Assembly (NCBI GenBank): GCA_964627605.1
Contig: CAZVGZ010000010.1
Span: 12,788 to 76,787 of the forward strand
Source of the DNA: an uncultured bacterium
GTDB lineage: Bacteria > Latescibacterota > MWCZ01 > CAZVGZ01
DNA length: 64,000 bases
Reading direction: 5' to 3'
Position 1 is the first letter of the stretch; every line of letters begins with the position of its first letter. The position numbers and the translations under genes are program-made. The notes beneath the pieces were generated by a model that was given only the letters and a program-made list of their open reading frames with translations, had not been told where the DNA came from and searched no databases. Below, in pieces: positions 1 through 9,336 of this stretch.

Positions 1-2295
1 GAATGTCACGGTATTGTCGCCTGAGTTTACAACCGCAAGATCGATGTCCCCATCGCTGTCAAAATCGGCACCGATCAGTTGCCTCGGATAGCGGCCAACT
101 TTGTAGTAGACCTCTGGCGTAAGCACCCCTGCTCCATCGTTCAACAACACAGAGACATCCTCAGCAACAGTGTTGACCGCCGCAACATCCAACCATCCGT
201 CGCCGTTGAAGTCCCCGACGAACAGATCGGCCAAACCCGATCCCACCGGCTGGGGCGGGTCTTCAGGCAGATTGGCAAAACCTCCACTGCCATCACCCAG
301 AAGGACAGCCACCGAATCACGGTTTGTCATCACCAGGTCCAGGTTGCCATCGCGGTTTATATCGCCGGTCTTAAGCGCTACCTGGCCTATATGTGCATGC
401 GCCACCACAGAAGACTCGAACGCTCCAGAGACCGACGTATAAAGTCTAATATCGCCGCTCGTGTCGGCTATTATCACGCCAGGCGAACCTGAGAAATCTC
501 CACCGACCACCGAAACCGCCCCACCATCATCGAACCCAATACCAGGGGCGAACGACACCTCAGTTTCTGAACTCACCAGGAACTGCCAAACGTGGGGCCT
601 CGTCAGTGAAAACGATTCTGCGGACGCCCCAACGTCTTGCGAGGTCAGCAGCGGTTCAACCGTCACGGCCACCATCTCGCCTGCTGCAAACCGATCATCG
701 ACAATAATCTTCGCCACCAGCCCATCAGAGTTGTCTGGCAGCACATCGACAACCTGGTGGAAGCCGGTCTGAGACCCCACAATCTGTATCGCGTCGGCAT
801 CTGCTGTTGATAGTCGCATAGCTGTGTTGAACCAGGCTCTTAGCACAGGTGTCTGGACCCCGCCAACATCCTCATCTGTCGTTGCTGTCGATGCGTGCGA
901 TGGCGACGTGGACACGACTTTGGGGCCTTCGGCGTAAAACTCCATCTCATGCCCGCCAAACGTCGGCGCGCCTAGCGAGTCGGCTATCACCGAAGTCAAT
1001 ACCACTTTTATCAGCTCGTAAGGGTCGTACCACCCTTGAGTCTGCCAGCTAACCGTACGACTGTCCTCGACCTCGAACCCTGATATCTGTATACCGCTGC
1101 CGTCCTGTCGCTCGACGACTGCTGCGCTCGTTGTCACCGAACCTGGATCGATCCCCCAGTTGAACCGGACCCGAACAGGTGCATTCACAGCCACATCCCG
1201 CGTCTCTGCGCCTGATGTCGGGGTTGCTGGCGACGACGCGAAAACTTTGAGCCCCTCGGTCCCGAACGACCACCCAGTTCCAACGTCTAGGGTGTCCTTG
1301 CTCGTGGACCTCAACGGTCTGTGCTCAGGGAGCTCCACATCGAAGCTTACGTTTATAGAGTCATGAGGTGCAAATCCGCCCTTGGGCGTGACGATGAGCG
1401 CCGTTTTGAGACTGCTACCGCTTCCAGAAGACCGTTTTGTGACGCTAATATCGTAGAGGACACCACGTCTTCCTCTGACGTGGATATAGTTGCTGTCCGT
1501 CGCCGCAGTCACCTCAGGCGTCTTGTTGAACGTCAACTCAATAGAAGCATCAAGTGCGACATCCGCCGATCCATCTTCCGGCACCATCGCCACAGCAGAA
1601 AAACCGCCTGACTGGGCAGGCCTTGTGGGACGCTTGAGAACTGTGGACCTGGAGGAATCGGTACTCACCACCACCAACGCCATCTGACCTGAGTTATCAA
1701 TCTGCCCCACGAAGAGATCGCGGGCACCGTGTCCTACGCCTATCGCCCTGTCTGGAGCGCCTGGCCCATCGAACGGCACAGCTATCCACAGCGCCGAATC
1801 AGGCGGGGAAGACGTGTATACCAACGTGGTATCTGGTACTGTAGGAGCGAAGTGTGGAACTCCCCCGATGCCCTGAGTATTCAGAAAAACCATAAGGGTA
1901 TCAGAGAGAGCGAACCGACTTGAGTCCATCAGCGTGACGATCAGGTCTGGCCAGGTGTCGCTGTTAATATCGACTACCTCGATAGCTCTGGGATGTATCC
2001 GCCCCGACAACCCGAATGTCGTGTCGCCATCAAACTGGGTACATAGATCACAGAGCAGCCCGTCAACCCCACGATTGTAGAGCAGCGAAATGGTTCCATC
2101 GCCAAAATTGGCGGTAGCGACATCGGCGGACCCATCTTTGTCGAAATCTGCACTGACCAGCGCCCAAGGTCGCTCTCCGACTCCCAGACTTCCAGCCACG
2201 GCGAACCCGTCGCCAGCAATTCGGGCGCGAGCGGTCTTGTAGAAGCTGAGCGGGTCGTCTGTACCGCAGCCGTAGCACAAGATCACGACAGCCAT
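1..2295 (-). CDS. FG-GAP/VCBS repeat protein, partial: ATG at 2295, C-terminal part runs off the window start
   Basis: Reverse-complement translation in one open frame from 2295 to position 1, with no complete minus-strand ORF listed in that frame. Repeated Ca-binding FG-GAP-like motifs are verified near the window start (VGDFNGDGWLDVAAVN, ADFDSDGDIDLAVVNSGDNTVT, FDKDGSADVATANFGDGT). Short hydrophobic N-terminus MAVVILCYGCG may be a lipoprotein signal. Confidence 0.6.
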   Translation of the reverse strand, partial: MAVVILCYGCGTDDPLSFYKTARARIAGDGFAVAGSLGVGERPWALVSADFDKDGSADVATANFGDGTISLLYNRGVDGLLCDLCTQFDGDTTFGLSGRIHPRAIEVVDINSDTWPDLIVTLMDSSRFALSDTLMVFLNTQGIGGVPHFAPTVPDTTLVYTSSPPDSALWIAVPFDGPGAPDRAIGVGHGARDLFVGQIDNSGQMALVVVSTDSSRSTVLKRPTRPAQSGGFSAVAMVPEDGSADVALDASIELTFNKTPEVTAATDSNYIHVRGRRGVLYDISVTKRSSGSGSSLKTALIVTPKGGFAPHDSINVSFDVELPEHRPLRSTSKDTLDVGTGWSFGTEGLKVFASSPATPTSGAETRDVAVNAPVRVRFNWGIDPGSVTTSAAVVERQDGSGIQISGFEVEDSRTVSWQTQGWYDPYELIKVVLTSVIADSLGAPTFGGHEMEFYAEGPKVVSTSPSHASTATTDEDVGGVQTPVLRAWFNTAMRLSTADADAIQIVGSQTGFHQVVDVLPDNSDGLVAKIIVDDRFAAGEMVAVTVEPLLTSQDVGASAESFSLTRPHVWQFLVSSETEVSFAPGIGFDDGGAVSVVGGDFSGSPGVIIADTSGDIRLYTSVSGAFESSVVAHAHIGQVALKTGDINRDGNLDLVMTNRDSVAVLLGDGSGGFANLPEDPPQPVGSGLADLFVGDFNGDGWLDVAAVNTVAEDVSVLLNDGAGVLTPEVYYKVGRYPRQLIGADFDSDGDIDLAVVNSGDNTVTF

Positions 2296-2604
2296 CAACG
2301 CGCAGAGTCGCTGAGCATTGCCGAACCTATGGAGTGTTCCTCTCATACCCTATCGTATGCCGATTGTGTAGGTGTGGTCAAATCGTGGCATCGCTACTAA
2401 CGAGCCAGCTAGTCATCAAGAATTCGCCTGTGAATCGGTACCAGATCCAGATCGTCGAACTCGTTCGGCGAAAAAAGCCCCATTCCCTGCCCTTCCAACA
2501 GCGTCAACTGCTCTATCTCCACGTCCATCTCTGTGCTGGAGCAGGTACTGTCCATCCTTTTCTATGATCGCCATCACCACATCGAACATCGGCACATAAC
2601 TTCT

Positions 2605-3948
2605 TTAAGAAAAGAGCGAATCTACTTTCATAATCGCGTCAGGCAGCGCAAAAATGACCACCTGATCGCCTTCGCATATCACTGCGTCACCCGTAGCGAC
2701 TACAAGCTCACCGTCGCGGATGATGGCGGTCAGAATCGAGTCCTTGGGCATCCCGGCGTCACGCACCGACTTACCAGCGACGCGGCTGTCGGCGGTTACC
2801 TCCACCTCAATCACCTCCGCATCAATCCCTGAGAGGTGGGCAAGCGACATAATTTTGCCGCCTCGTACGAATTTCCGCACAGTATTTACCACCGACTGCT
2901 GCGGACTTATTGCTGCGTCGATCCCCACCAGCGACATGAATGCATGATAGTGCGATCGGGTGAGCAGCGTGATCGTCTTCGGCGCGCCAGCCTGCTTGGC
3001 AATAAGGCACGCCATGATGTTGTCCTCCTGGTCGCTGGTGGTTGCGACCACCGCGTCCATCTCATGAACGCTCTCAGCTTGAAGCAGGTCCAGATCGGTG
3101 GCGTTGCCGTGGAGGATCAGAGTGTATGGGAGTCGTTCAGCGGCGATAAGCGCCCTCTCCTCATCTTTTTCGATCAGCTTGGTCTGCACACCCGCCGCCG
3201 CGAGTTTTCGCGCTACCGTCCGACCGATACGGCTATATCCCAAAATCATCACCCTTTTGAGGGTCTGATCGTGCCGCCCAGCAAGCGCAATAATCGAAGG
3301 CACATCTTCGGCTGCCGCTACGAAAAACACCTGGTCGCGGGGTTGGCATTCGAACTCGCCAGTGGGCATTGTCGTAGTGTCTTCCCGCATCACCGCCACC
3401 ATTCTAAACGTCAGTTGTGGCCACAGCTTGGCAACATCCGCCAGCTTTCGTCCAGCCAGCAGCGCGTGCTCCTCGACGCGACATCCCACAAGCTGCACTT
3501 TTCCATCGGCCACATCCACCACTTCAGTGGCCGCAGCTCGTTTGAGAATCCGAACTATCTCCTCGGAGGCGGCATCCTCGGGGTGGATCATCAGATCAAT
3601 CCCCAGATCGCTCGCCGACAGCCCAGCTTTGTCCTGGGTATACTCGGTGTTGCGCACTCGGGCTATTATGACCGGCACGCCAAACTTATGGGCGAACATC
3701 GATGCAACGAGATTGATCTCATCCACCGTGGTAGCCGCTATCGCCATGTCGGTATCACGGACACCGGCGCTCTCCAGCCCTCGCGCGCTCGCCCCGTTTC
3801 CACTAACGACCAGCACATCCAGCGATTCGTTTAGCTGCTGTACGATCTCAGGATTACGCTCAATCACCACGATCTCGTGGCCATCTGAAGACAGGTGTTG
3901 AGCCAACGAGAAACCGACCTCTCCTGCGCCGATGATTATTATCTTCAT
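2605..3948 (-). CDS. trkA: Trk potassium uptake system NAD-binding protein TrkA (two RCK domains)
   Basis: 447 aa. N-terminal MKIIIIGAGEVG Rossmann motif, with a second GxGxxG repeat (ILGYSRIGRTVA) mid-protein. Typical TrkA length and duplicated RCK_N/RCK_C architecture. Confidence 0.9.
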   Translation of the reverse strand: MKIIIIGAGEVGFSLAQHLSSDGHEIVVIERNPEIVQQLNESLDVLVVSGNGASARGLESAGVRDTDMAIAATTVDEINLVASMFAHKFGVPVIIARVRNTEYTQDKAGLSASDLGIDLMIHPEDAASEEIVRILKRAAATEVVDVADGKVQLVGCRVEEHALLAGRKLADVAKLWPQLTFRMVAVMREDTTTMPTGEFECQPRDQVFFVAAAEDVPSIIALAGRHDQTLKRVMILGYSRIGRTVARKLAAAGVQTKLIEKDEERALIAAERLPYTLILHGNATDLDLLQAESVHEMDAVVATTSDQEDNIMACLIAKQAGAPKTITLLTRSHYHAFMSLVGIDAAISPQQSVVNTVRKFVRGGKIMSLAHLSGIDAEVIEVEVTADSRVAGKSVRDAGMPKDSILTAIIRDGELVVATGDAVICEGDQVVIFALPDAIMKVDSLFS

Positions 3949-3991
3949 AGCCGCACTCGCTTGGTGAGGTTCGCCATGTCGCCCTCTACGT

Positions 3992-5023
3992 TCATTTTAC
4001 CAATTTTCTAAAAACTTCGATAGCTCTGTCAATATCGTCTTCATCCACAGCAAGACTGGTCACCGCACGAATCCGATTAGGCCGTTCATCAAGAAGCAGC
4101 ACACCGTGTTCAGCCAGACGCTCAACGAACCTGTCGGCAGGACAGTGTCGTTCATCCAGGCCGATAAATATCAGGTTGGTGTCCGCCTCATCGGGATCAA
4201 CATTGAAACCAGGCAGCCCGTGCAGACCCTCAGCCAGTTTGCGGGCATTCTTGTGATCGTCAACCAGCCGCTCGCGGTGGTTTTTTAGCGCAAACAACGC
4301 GCCAGCCGCCAAAATTCCCACCTGCCTCATTCCACCGCCGAACACTTTTCGCCGCTGATGGGCCCTGGCTATGTCATCATGCGTGCCAGCGAGTACCGAC
4401 CCAATCGGCGCACCAAGCCCCTTGGAAAAGCAGACGCTCAGTGTGTCTACATGCTGAGCGTAGTCCGTAGGTTTCAGCCCTGTGGCTGCACAGGCGTTCC
4501 AAAGCCGCGCACCATCAAGATGAAGCCTCAGCCCGCGATCCCTGCACATCTCGCTGATAGCTTTGACACTCTCCAGCGGATATATCGAACCGCCGCCCCT
4601 GTTGTGTGTGTTTTCGATGCATACCAACGAGGTCTGCGGGAGGTGGTCGTCTTTGGCTCTGATCACGTCCACTATAGACTCAACATCCAGAATTCCCCGC
4701 TCCGCTGTGATTGGATGCAGTTGCACCCGCGAGAGGAACGCAGGGCCACCGCTCTCATAGTTGAAGATGTGGCTGTTGTACTCAACTACCACCTCGGTGC
4801 CTTCGGTGGTACTGATGTTGATGGCGATCTGGTTGCTCATCGTCCCCGACGGCACGAACAGAGCCGCCTCTTTACCCACTAGCTCAGCCACCCATTCCTG
4901 CAACAGGTTTACTGTAGGGTCGTCACTGAACACATCGTCGCCGACCTCGGCGTTGGCGATGGCCTCCCTCATCTCTGGTGTTGGCTTGGTGATTGTATCG
5001 CTTCTCAAATCGACCGGATTCAT
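3992..5023 (-). CDS. ltaE: Low-specificity L-threonine aldolase (PLP-dependent)
   Basis: Conserved N-terminus DLRSDTITKPT, PLP-lysine region SVCFSKGLGAPIGS, ~343 aa from the internal Met (MNPVDLRSD). The ORF track start at 5068 is probably an upstream extension. Confidence 0.85.
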   Translation of the reverse strand: MNPVDLRSDTITKPTPEMREAIANAEVGDDVFSDDPTVNLLQEWVAELVGKEAALFVPSGTMSNQIAINISTTEGTEVVVEYNSHIFNYESGGPAFLSRVQLHPITAERGILDVESIVDVIRAKDDHLPQTSLVCIENTHNRGGGSIYPLESVKAISEMCRDRGLRLHLDGARLWNACAATGLKPTDYAQHVDTLSVCFSKGLGAPIGSVLAGTHDDIARAHQRRKVFGGGMRQVGILAAGALFALKNHRERLVDDHKNARKLAEGLHGLPGFNVDPDEADTNLIFIGLDERHCPADRFVERLAEHGVLLLDERPNRIRAVTSLAVDEDDIDRAIEVFRKLVK

Positions 5024-5098
5024 ATTCGTCTCGCCCAATCGTAAACGCTTGAAAGGCAACAGCCCCAAAATCTACAGTTTCTATCAACTACCAGCACT

Positions 5099-5959
5099 TT
5101 ACTCATTTTGCATCAAGTTCTCCAACTGTTGCCACGATTTTGGATCGTTCACCGGCAGCCAAGCTTCGTCGTGGACAGGAACGGCGCCAAGTTCACCACG
5201 CTCCGCCAATATCGGGAACAGCACCTTTTCAAAGTCTGTCTTCACACTCATATCAAAAAACGCTTCAAAATACTGGTACACTTCCTTGGCGAATACCGTT
5301 ACACCAACATGGGTGGGCACCGGGATCATCGGGTACATCTCAATCGTATCCACTTTCCCATCCAAGATGGTCATTCCGGTGAAAGGGTACCGTGTCCCGC
5401 CCACCACAACCGCAGTGCCCACCGTTTTACGCGCCAAGTGCCCAGTTACAATTTTGCGAGGAAACTCCGCGATATCTAGGACAATCTGGTCGTCTGGGTT
5501 GTGAACTATCAGGCTGCACTCGTGAGGGATGGTTCCGTTATCCAATGCGTTTCTCACCGCGCCACCTCGCCCAACTGGACGCTCCGGATCGTAGCTGTAC
5601 TTTATTTCCACGCCTAGCTTGCGGCCATCGCCCAAGATGCTCTCCAACGAGTGGGCTTCGTGAAACACCAGCGCGGCGAACCGCTCAAAGCCAGCGTCTC
5701 GGTACATGCGGATCGTCCGCTCTATCATCGTGTCGCCGTTGGGCAACGTAAGCGCAGTCTTATGAATCCCTTTGTCGATCGTAAGCCTTTTGAGGCGTGC
5801 CCCTTCGCCCCCTGCCGCTAGCGCCACGACGCAATCGCCACGAAAGGTGCTCCATTCCGCTTCGCTCAGTTGGGGATCGCTAGGGGGGAAATGAGCTACC
5901 TTCAGACGAAGTTCATCCAATGCCTGATCAAAACGAAGTTTCTCACCCTGTTTACACAT
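5099..5959 (-). CDS. Sugar-phosphate nucleotidyltransferase (NTP_transferase family)
   Basis: G-rich N-terminal loop ALAAGGEGARL, a nucleotide-sugar pyrophosphorylase fold, ~287 aa from internal Met MCKQGEKL. Divergent from the sulfatase gene. Confidence 0.65.
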   Translation of the reverse strand: MCKQGEKLRFDQALDELRLKVAHFPPSDPQLSEAEWSTFRGDCVVALAAGGEGARLKRLTIDKGIHKTALTLPNGDTMIERTIRMYRDAGFERFAALVFHEAHSLESILGDGRKLGVEIKYSYDPERPVGRGGAVRNALDNGTIPHECSLIVHNPDDQIVLDIAEFPRKIVTGHLARKTVGTAVVVGGTRYPFTGMTILDGKVDTIEMYPMIPVPTHVGVTVFAKEVYQYFEAFFDMSVKTDFEKVLFPILAERGELGAVPVHDEAWLPVNDPKSWQQLENLMQNE

Positions 5960-6105
5960 AATGGTTCCTCGGGGCGTCCATTTAGATTCAAACCTAAAAA
6001 ATACCGCCACCGACCTGTTTCTACCAAGGCGTCGCCCCCCACATCGTGCGGTATTACATTCAGAGCATCGCCATACATCCATCTTCGACCATAAAGAGGC
6101 ACACC

Positions 6106-7494
6106 ATGCCGCAAGATCGCCCTAATATCATTCTCATCATGACCGACCAGCATCGCGCCGACGCGATAGGCGCTGCGGGTAACACGGTCATCAACACCCC
6201 CAATTTGGACCGCCTGGCAGGTGAAGGCGTGCTTTTCGACCGGATGTACTCCACCTCACCGGTCTGCATGCCCATGCGCGCGTCGTTCGCCACGGGCCGC
6301 TATCCTCACAACACAGGTGTCGTGGGAAATTCAGGCCAGATGCTGCCTCAAGAGATCACGTTCATGCAGCAGCTCGCTGAAGCTGGTTATCATAACTCTC
6401 TTGTGGGCAAAACACATTTTTTTGGTCATGCCAGCGAGATGGATATAATGGCTCACGAGCACATCCAGCACGAAATGGGGTTCGCGGACGTTCACGAGCT
6501 CACAGGCAAAATGGCGTCGCGACGCTGCGATTCGTATTACACTCATCATCTCAGAGCAAAAAGCCTACTCGAAACCCACCGCACTGACTCCAGGGGCCGC
6601 ACAGACAAGCCGATATGGTTCTGCGATCCGTCTCCGCTGCCTGAAGAGGACCACATCGACGGCTATCTTGGCGATCAGGCCGCGAGGTGGGTGGACGAAC
6701 ACGAGGGCACCGAACCGTTCTTCTTGATGGCTTCATTCTCCGGTCCCCATGACCCGTGGGACCCTCCAGGTCGCTACGCCACGATGTACGACCCCAACGA
6801 CATGCCACCGTTCATCGAAGACGACCTATCGGGCAAACCGGAAAATCAGAAAGAGCGCGCAGAGAAGCAGCGCACTTTGAGCGACATGACAGACGAAGAT
6901 GTCGCAAAGACCAGGGCGGCCTACTACGGTAATACAACGCTCATCGACGACGGAATAGGAAAACTGTTCGACACACTCACGCGCCGGGGATTCATGGACG
7001 ACGCGCTGATCATCTACACATCCGACCACGGCGAGTTGTTGGGCGATCACCGGATGTTCCAAAAAAGCATGTTCTACGAATCAGCCGCTCGCATCCCTGG
7101 CATCGTCCGTTGGCCTGGCCACATCCAAGGCAACCGAAGAACCGACGCGCTCTCAGAGTGCATCGACCTCTCAGCGACAATCCTCGACGCCGCAGGCCTC
7201 ACGCCACCACCAAAAACATTTGGCCGCTCGCTCCTACCACTCTTAACAGCAAAAAAACTCCGCCGTCACCGCGATATGGTCTTCTCTGAGCTCGCCACCT
7301 GGAAAATGGTCTGCACCGAACGCTGGAAATACACCTACGACCCAACTGAGGGCGGCCCCCAAGAGCTCTACGACTTAGAGTCCGATCCCCAAGAACAAAA
7401 CAACCTTATCAAATCCAATCCCGGCATCGGCTCCGACCTGCGGGGGGCATTACTAGATTGGTTGATCGACACGGAAGCGGCGTTGAATGGGTAA
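6106..7494 (+). CDS. Cys-type sulfatase (arylsulfatase / N-sulfoglucosamine sulfohydrolase family), no signal peptide
   Basis: N-terminus NIILIMTDQHRAD. CxPxR formylglycine motif SPVCMPMRASFATGR. Downstream GKTHF and SDHGE motifs. Start taken at MPQDRPN. No hydrophobic leader, so it is predicted cytoplasmic. Confidence 0.85.
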   Translation: MPQDRPNIILIMTDQHRADAIGAAGNTVINTPNLDRLAGEGVLFDRMYSTSPVCMPMRASFATGRYPHNTGVVGNSGQMLPQEITFMQQLAEAGYHNSLVGKTHFFGHASEMDIMAHEHIQHEMGFADVHELTGKMASRRCDSYYTHHLRAKSLLETHRTDSRGRTDKPIWFCDPSPLPEEDHIDGYLGDQAARWVDEHEGTEPFFLMASFSGPHDPWDPPGRYATMYDPNDMPPFIEDDLSGKPENQKERAEKQRTLSDMTDEDVAKTRAAYYGNTTLIDDGIGKLFDTLTRRGFMDDALIIYTSDHGELLGDHRMFQKSMFYESAARIPGIVRWPGHIQGNRRTDALSECIDLSATILDAAGLTPPPKTFGRSLLPLLTAKKLRRHRDMVFSELATWKMVCTERWKYTYDPTEGGPQELYDLESDPQEQNNLIKSNPGIGSDLRGALLDWLIDTEAALNG

Positions 7495-7610
7495 AATCGT
7501 CGCTTCGGCGGACATTAGACCGTCACACCCGTTTCGCGGCGGCCTCAGTCTCGGTGAGGGAGGCGTATTCTGGAGGCCGACCTAAAGGCCGGGAGCTCTC
7601 GCCCAGCATG

Positions 7611-8816
7611 TCAAGCGGTGTGGTGTTTTTCAGCTTTGGGGCTAAACCCCAACCCATCCAACGCCTCATCGCGATCAGTGAATCGCATGAAGAAGCCCCA
7701 GGGGCCGGAGCGATTGTAGCATTTGACGAGGATTTGGGTGGGGCCTTTGGGGAGGTTGACGAAGGCGATGTCCTGATCGAAATGGATTCCCCGTTCACCG
7801 ACGTAGCGCCAGACCTCTTTACGGTCGAACCAGACGACGGTGTCGTCGCTGGAGGAGAAGCGCATCTGAACGTCCTGCTGAATAGGACTGGTCAGTTTGC
7901 AGGTAGCGTAGGCGGTTAGTTTCGGCGGCTGTCCACCTTCGATCTCGCCCAAACCGATGACACCACCACCTGTGCCGCGAATATTCCAGCGGATTTTCAT
8001 GCCTCTGCCGTCGTACGTCGCATCCAGATCGACGCCACTTTCAGGCGGAAAGGTGGTGTCGATACCAGGGCGGTCGGTCGAATCAAACGGTGTCACCACG
8101 TACCAGGCCTGGGGCACACCCGCCACCACATTCGGGTCTTTCCAGACACCGATAGGCTGAATGCGCCTCTGGGCTAAACTGTCGGGCTCTGCCGGGATCA
8201 TCAGACCACCAGTATTTGCGATCTCCAGGTTCACGTCGGTGATCGCCTGTCGAACACCGTCATCACCATCCCAACCCGACCAGCTAAGCCGTCCTCCAGC
8301 GTGATAGAACGCGATTAGACCGGCGGCGCCCTCCCTGACGAAATCCACCATCTGCTCTCTGACCTGTTGTGGCGACTGCGCTGTGTCAGGAACACCCTCC
8401 ATACCCCAAAAACCCTGGTACACGCCAGCAAACGCGACCCCAGGTACCCGCTTTCGAGCCGTCGTGAGCATCCACTGGACCTCATGGCTGGTCATCGAGC
8501 GGTTTTAATCGTCGCTGCTGACCGGGTACCAGTAGATCACCATCACATCGCAGACATCCGGCCCGAAATTGAGAAGCGACCCGGCACTACCATACCCCGC
8601 ATAGACGAGATGTTCTGGATTGCCATCGACCTCCTGGACGACCTTGTAAATGCCCCTAAGAGCGGAGATGGCGTCCCCAGGGCTGTCATCGAGAACGTAG
8701 TAACCTCCAAGATTTGGCGCGTCCCTGACCTTTGCCACCTCCTTGGCACACTTTTCCGGCGAAAACAGAAACAGGCCTTCACGGTGGCCTGCTGGCGTTG
8801 TGCCGCTATACCCGCG
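7611..8816 (-). pseudogene. Glycoside-hydrolase-like protein (family uncertain) disrupted by an in-frame TAA at 8505-8507 and lacking a recognisable start
   Basis: ORFs 8505..8738 and 7611..8495 are in the same frame, separated only by a TAA plus 3 codons. The upstream frame is closed by a stop at 8817-8819 with no ATG. The hydrolase assignment is only a guess from sequence character. Confidence 0.5.
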
Positions 8817-8951
8817 CTAGCAGCCAACAAGCTCCAGGCACTTGCCGTCGCCCACGCCTATGCGCGAGAATTAGTGGGTGGGGGTTACCCTTAGAGCCGA
8901 GACCGTTGAGAGACCTCGCATGACCGCCCATAAAAGCCGTTTTCGTAGAGG

Positions 8952-9311
8952 TTGGGAAGAAGCATAAACGTGAGCGACGACTGCATTTTCTGCAAAATTG
9001 TCAGCGGTGAAATTGGGTCGGACATCGCCTATGAGAACGACCAGGTCATGGCGTTCAATGACATCAGTCCCAAGGCACCTACGCACATTCTGGTCGTCCC
9101 CAAAACACACATCCCCACCGTTGCGGACCTGACAGAAGATCATCAAAGCCTCATCGCCCATCTGATTCTGACCGCTAACAAGATTGCCGCCGATGCAGGG
9201 CTGACGGGCTACCGGCTTGTTGTCAACTGCAACGCTGAAGGTGGACAAGAGGTCTACCATCTCCACCTGCACATTATGGGCGGACGGCAGATGAGGTGGC
9301 CCCCAGGCTAA
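8952..9311 (+). CDS. HIT family hydrolase (histidine triad, HinT-like)
   Basis: CIFCKI N-terminal motif and the histidine triad HLHLHIMGG. 119 aa from the TTG at 8952. A GTG at 8970 is an alternative start. Confidence 0.85.
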   Translation: MGRSINVSDDCIFCKIVSGEIGSDIAYENDQVMAFNDISPKAPTHILVVPKTHIPTVADLTEDHQSLIAHLILTANKIAADAGLTGYRLVVNCNAEGGQEVYHLHLHIMGGRQMRWPPG

Positions 9312-9336
9312 CCGCCGCTGATTCTGGTGCTGACTC

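Noticed and set aside
2334-2599. Short plus-strand ORFs (77 and 75 aa) in the trkA / FG-GAP intergenic region, and similar small ORFs overlapping large genes on the opposite strand
   Set aside because: No motifs or RBS. They lie in an AT-richer promoter region or antisense to well-supported genes, which is typical of spurious six-frame ORFs in GC-rich DNA.
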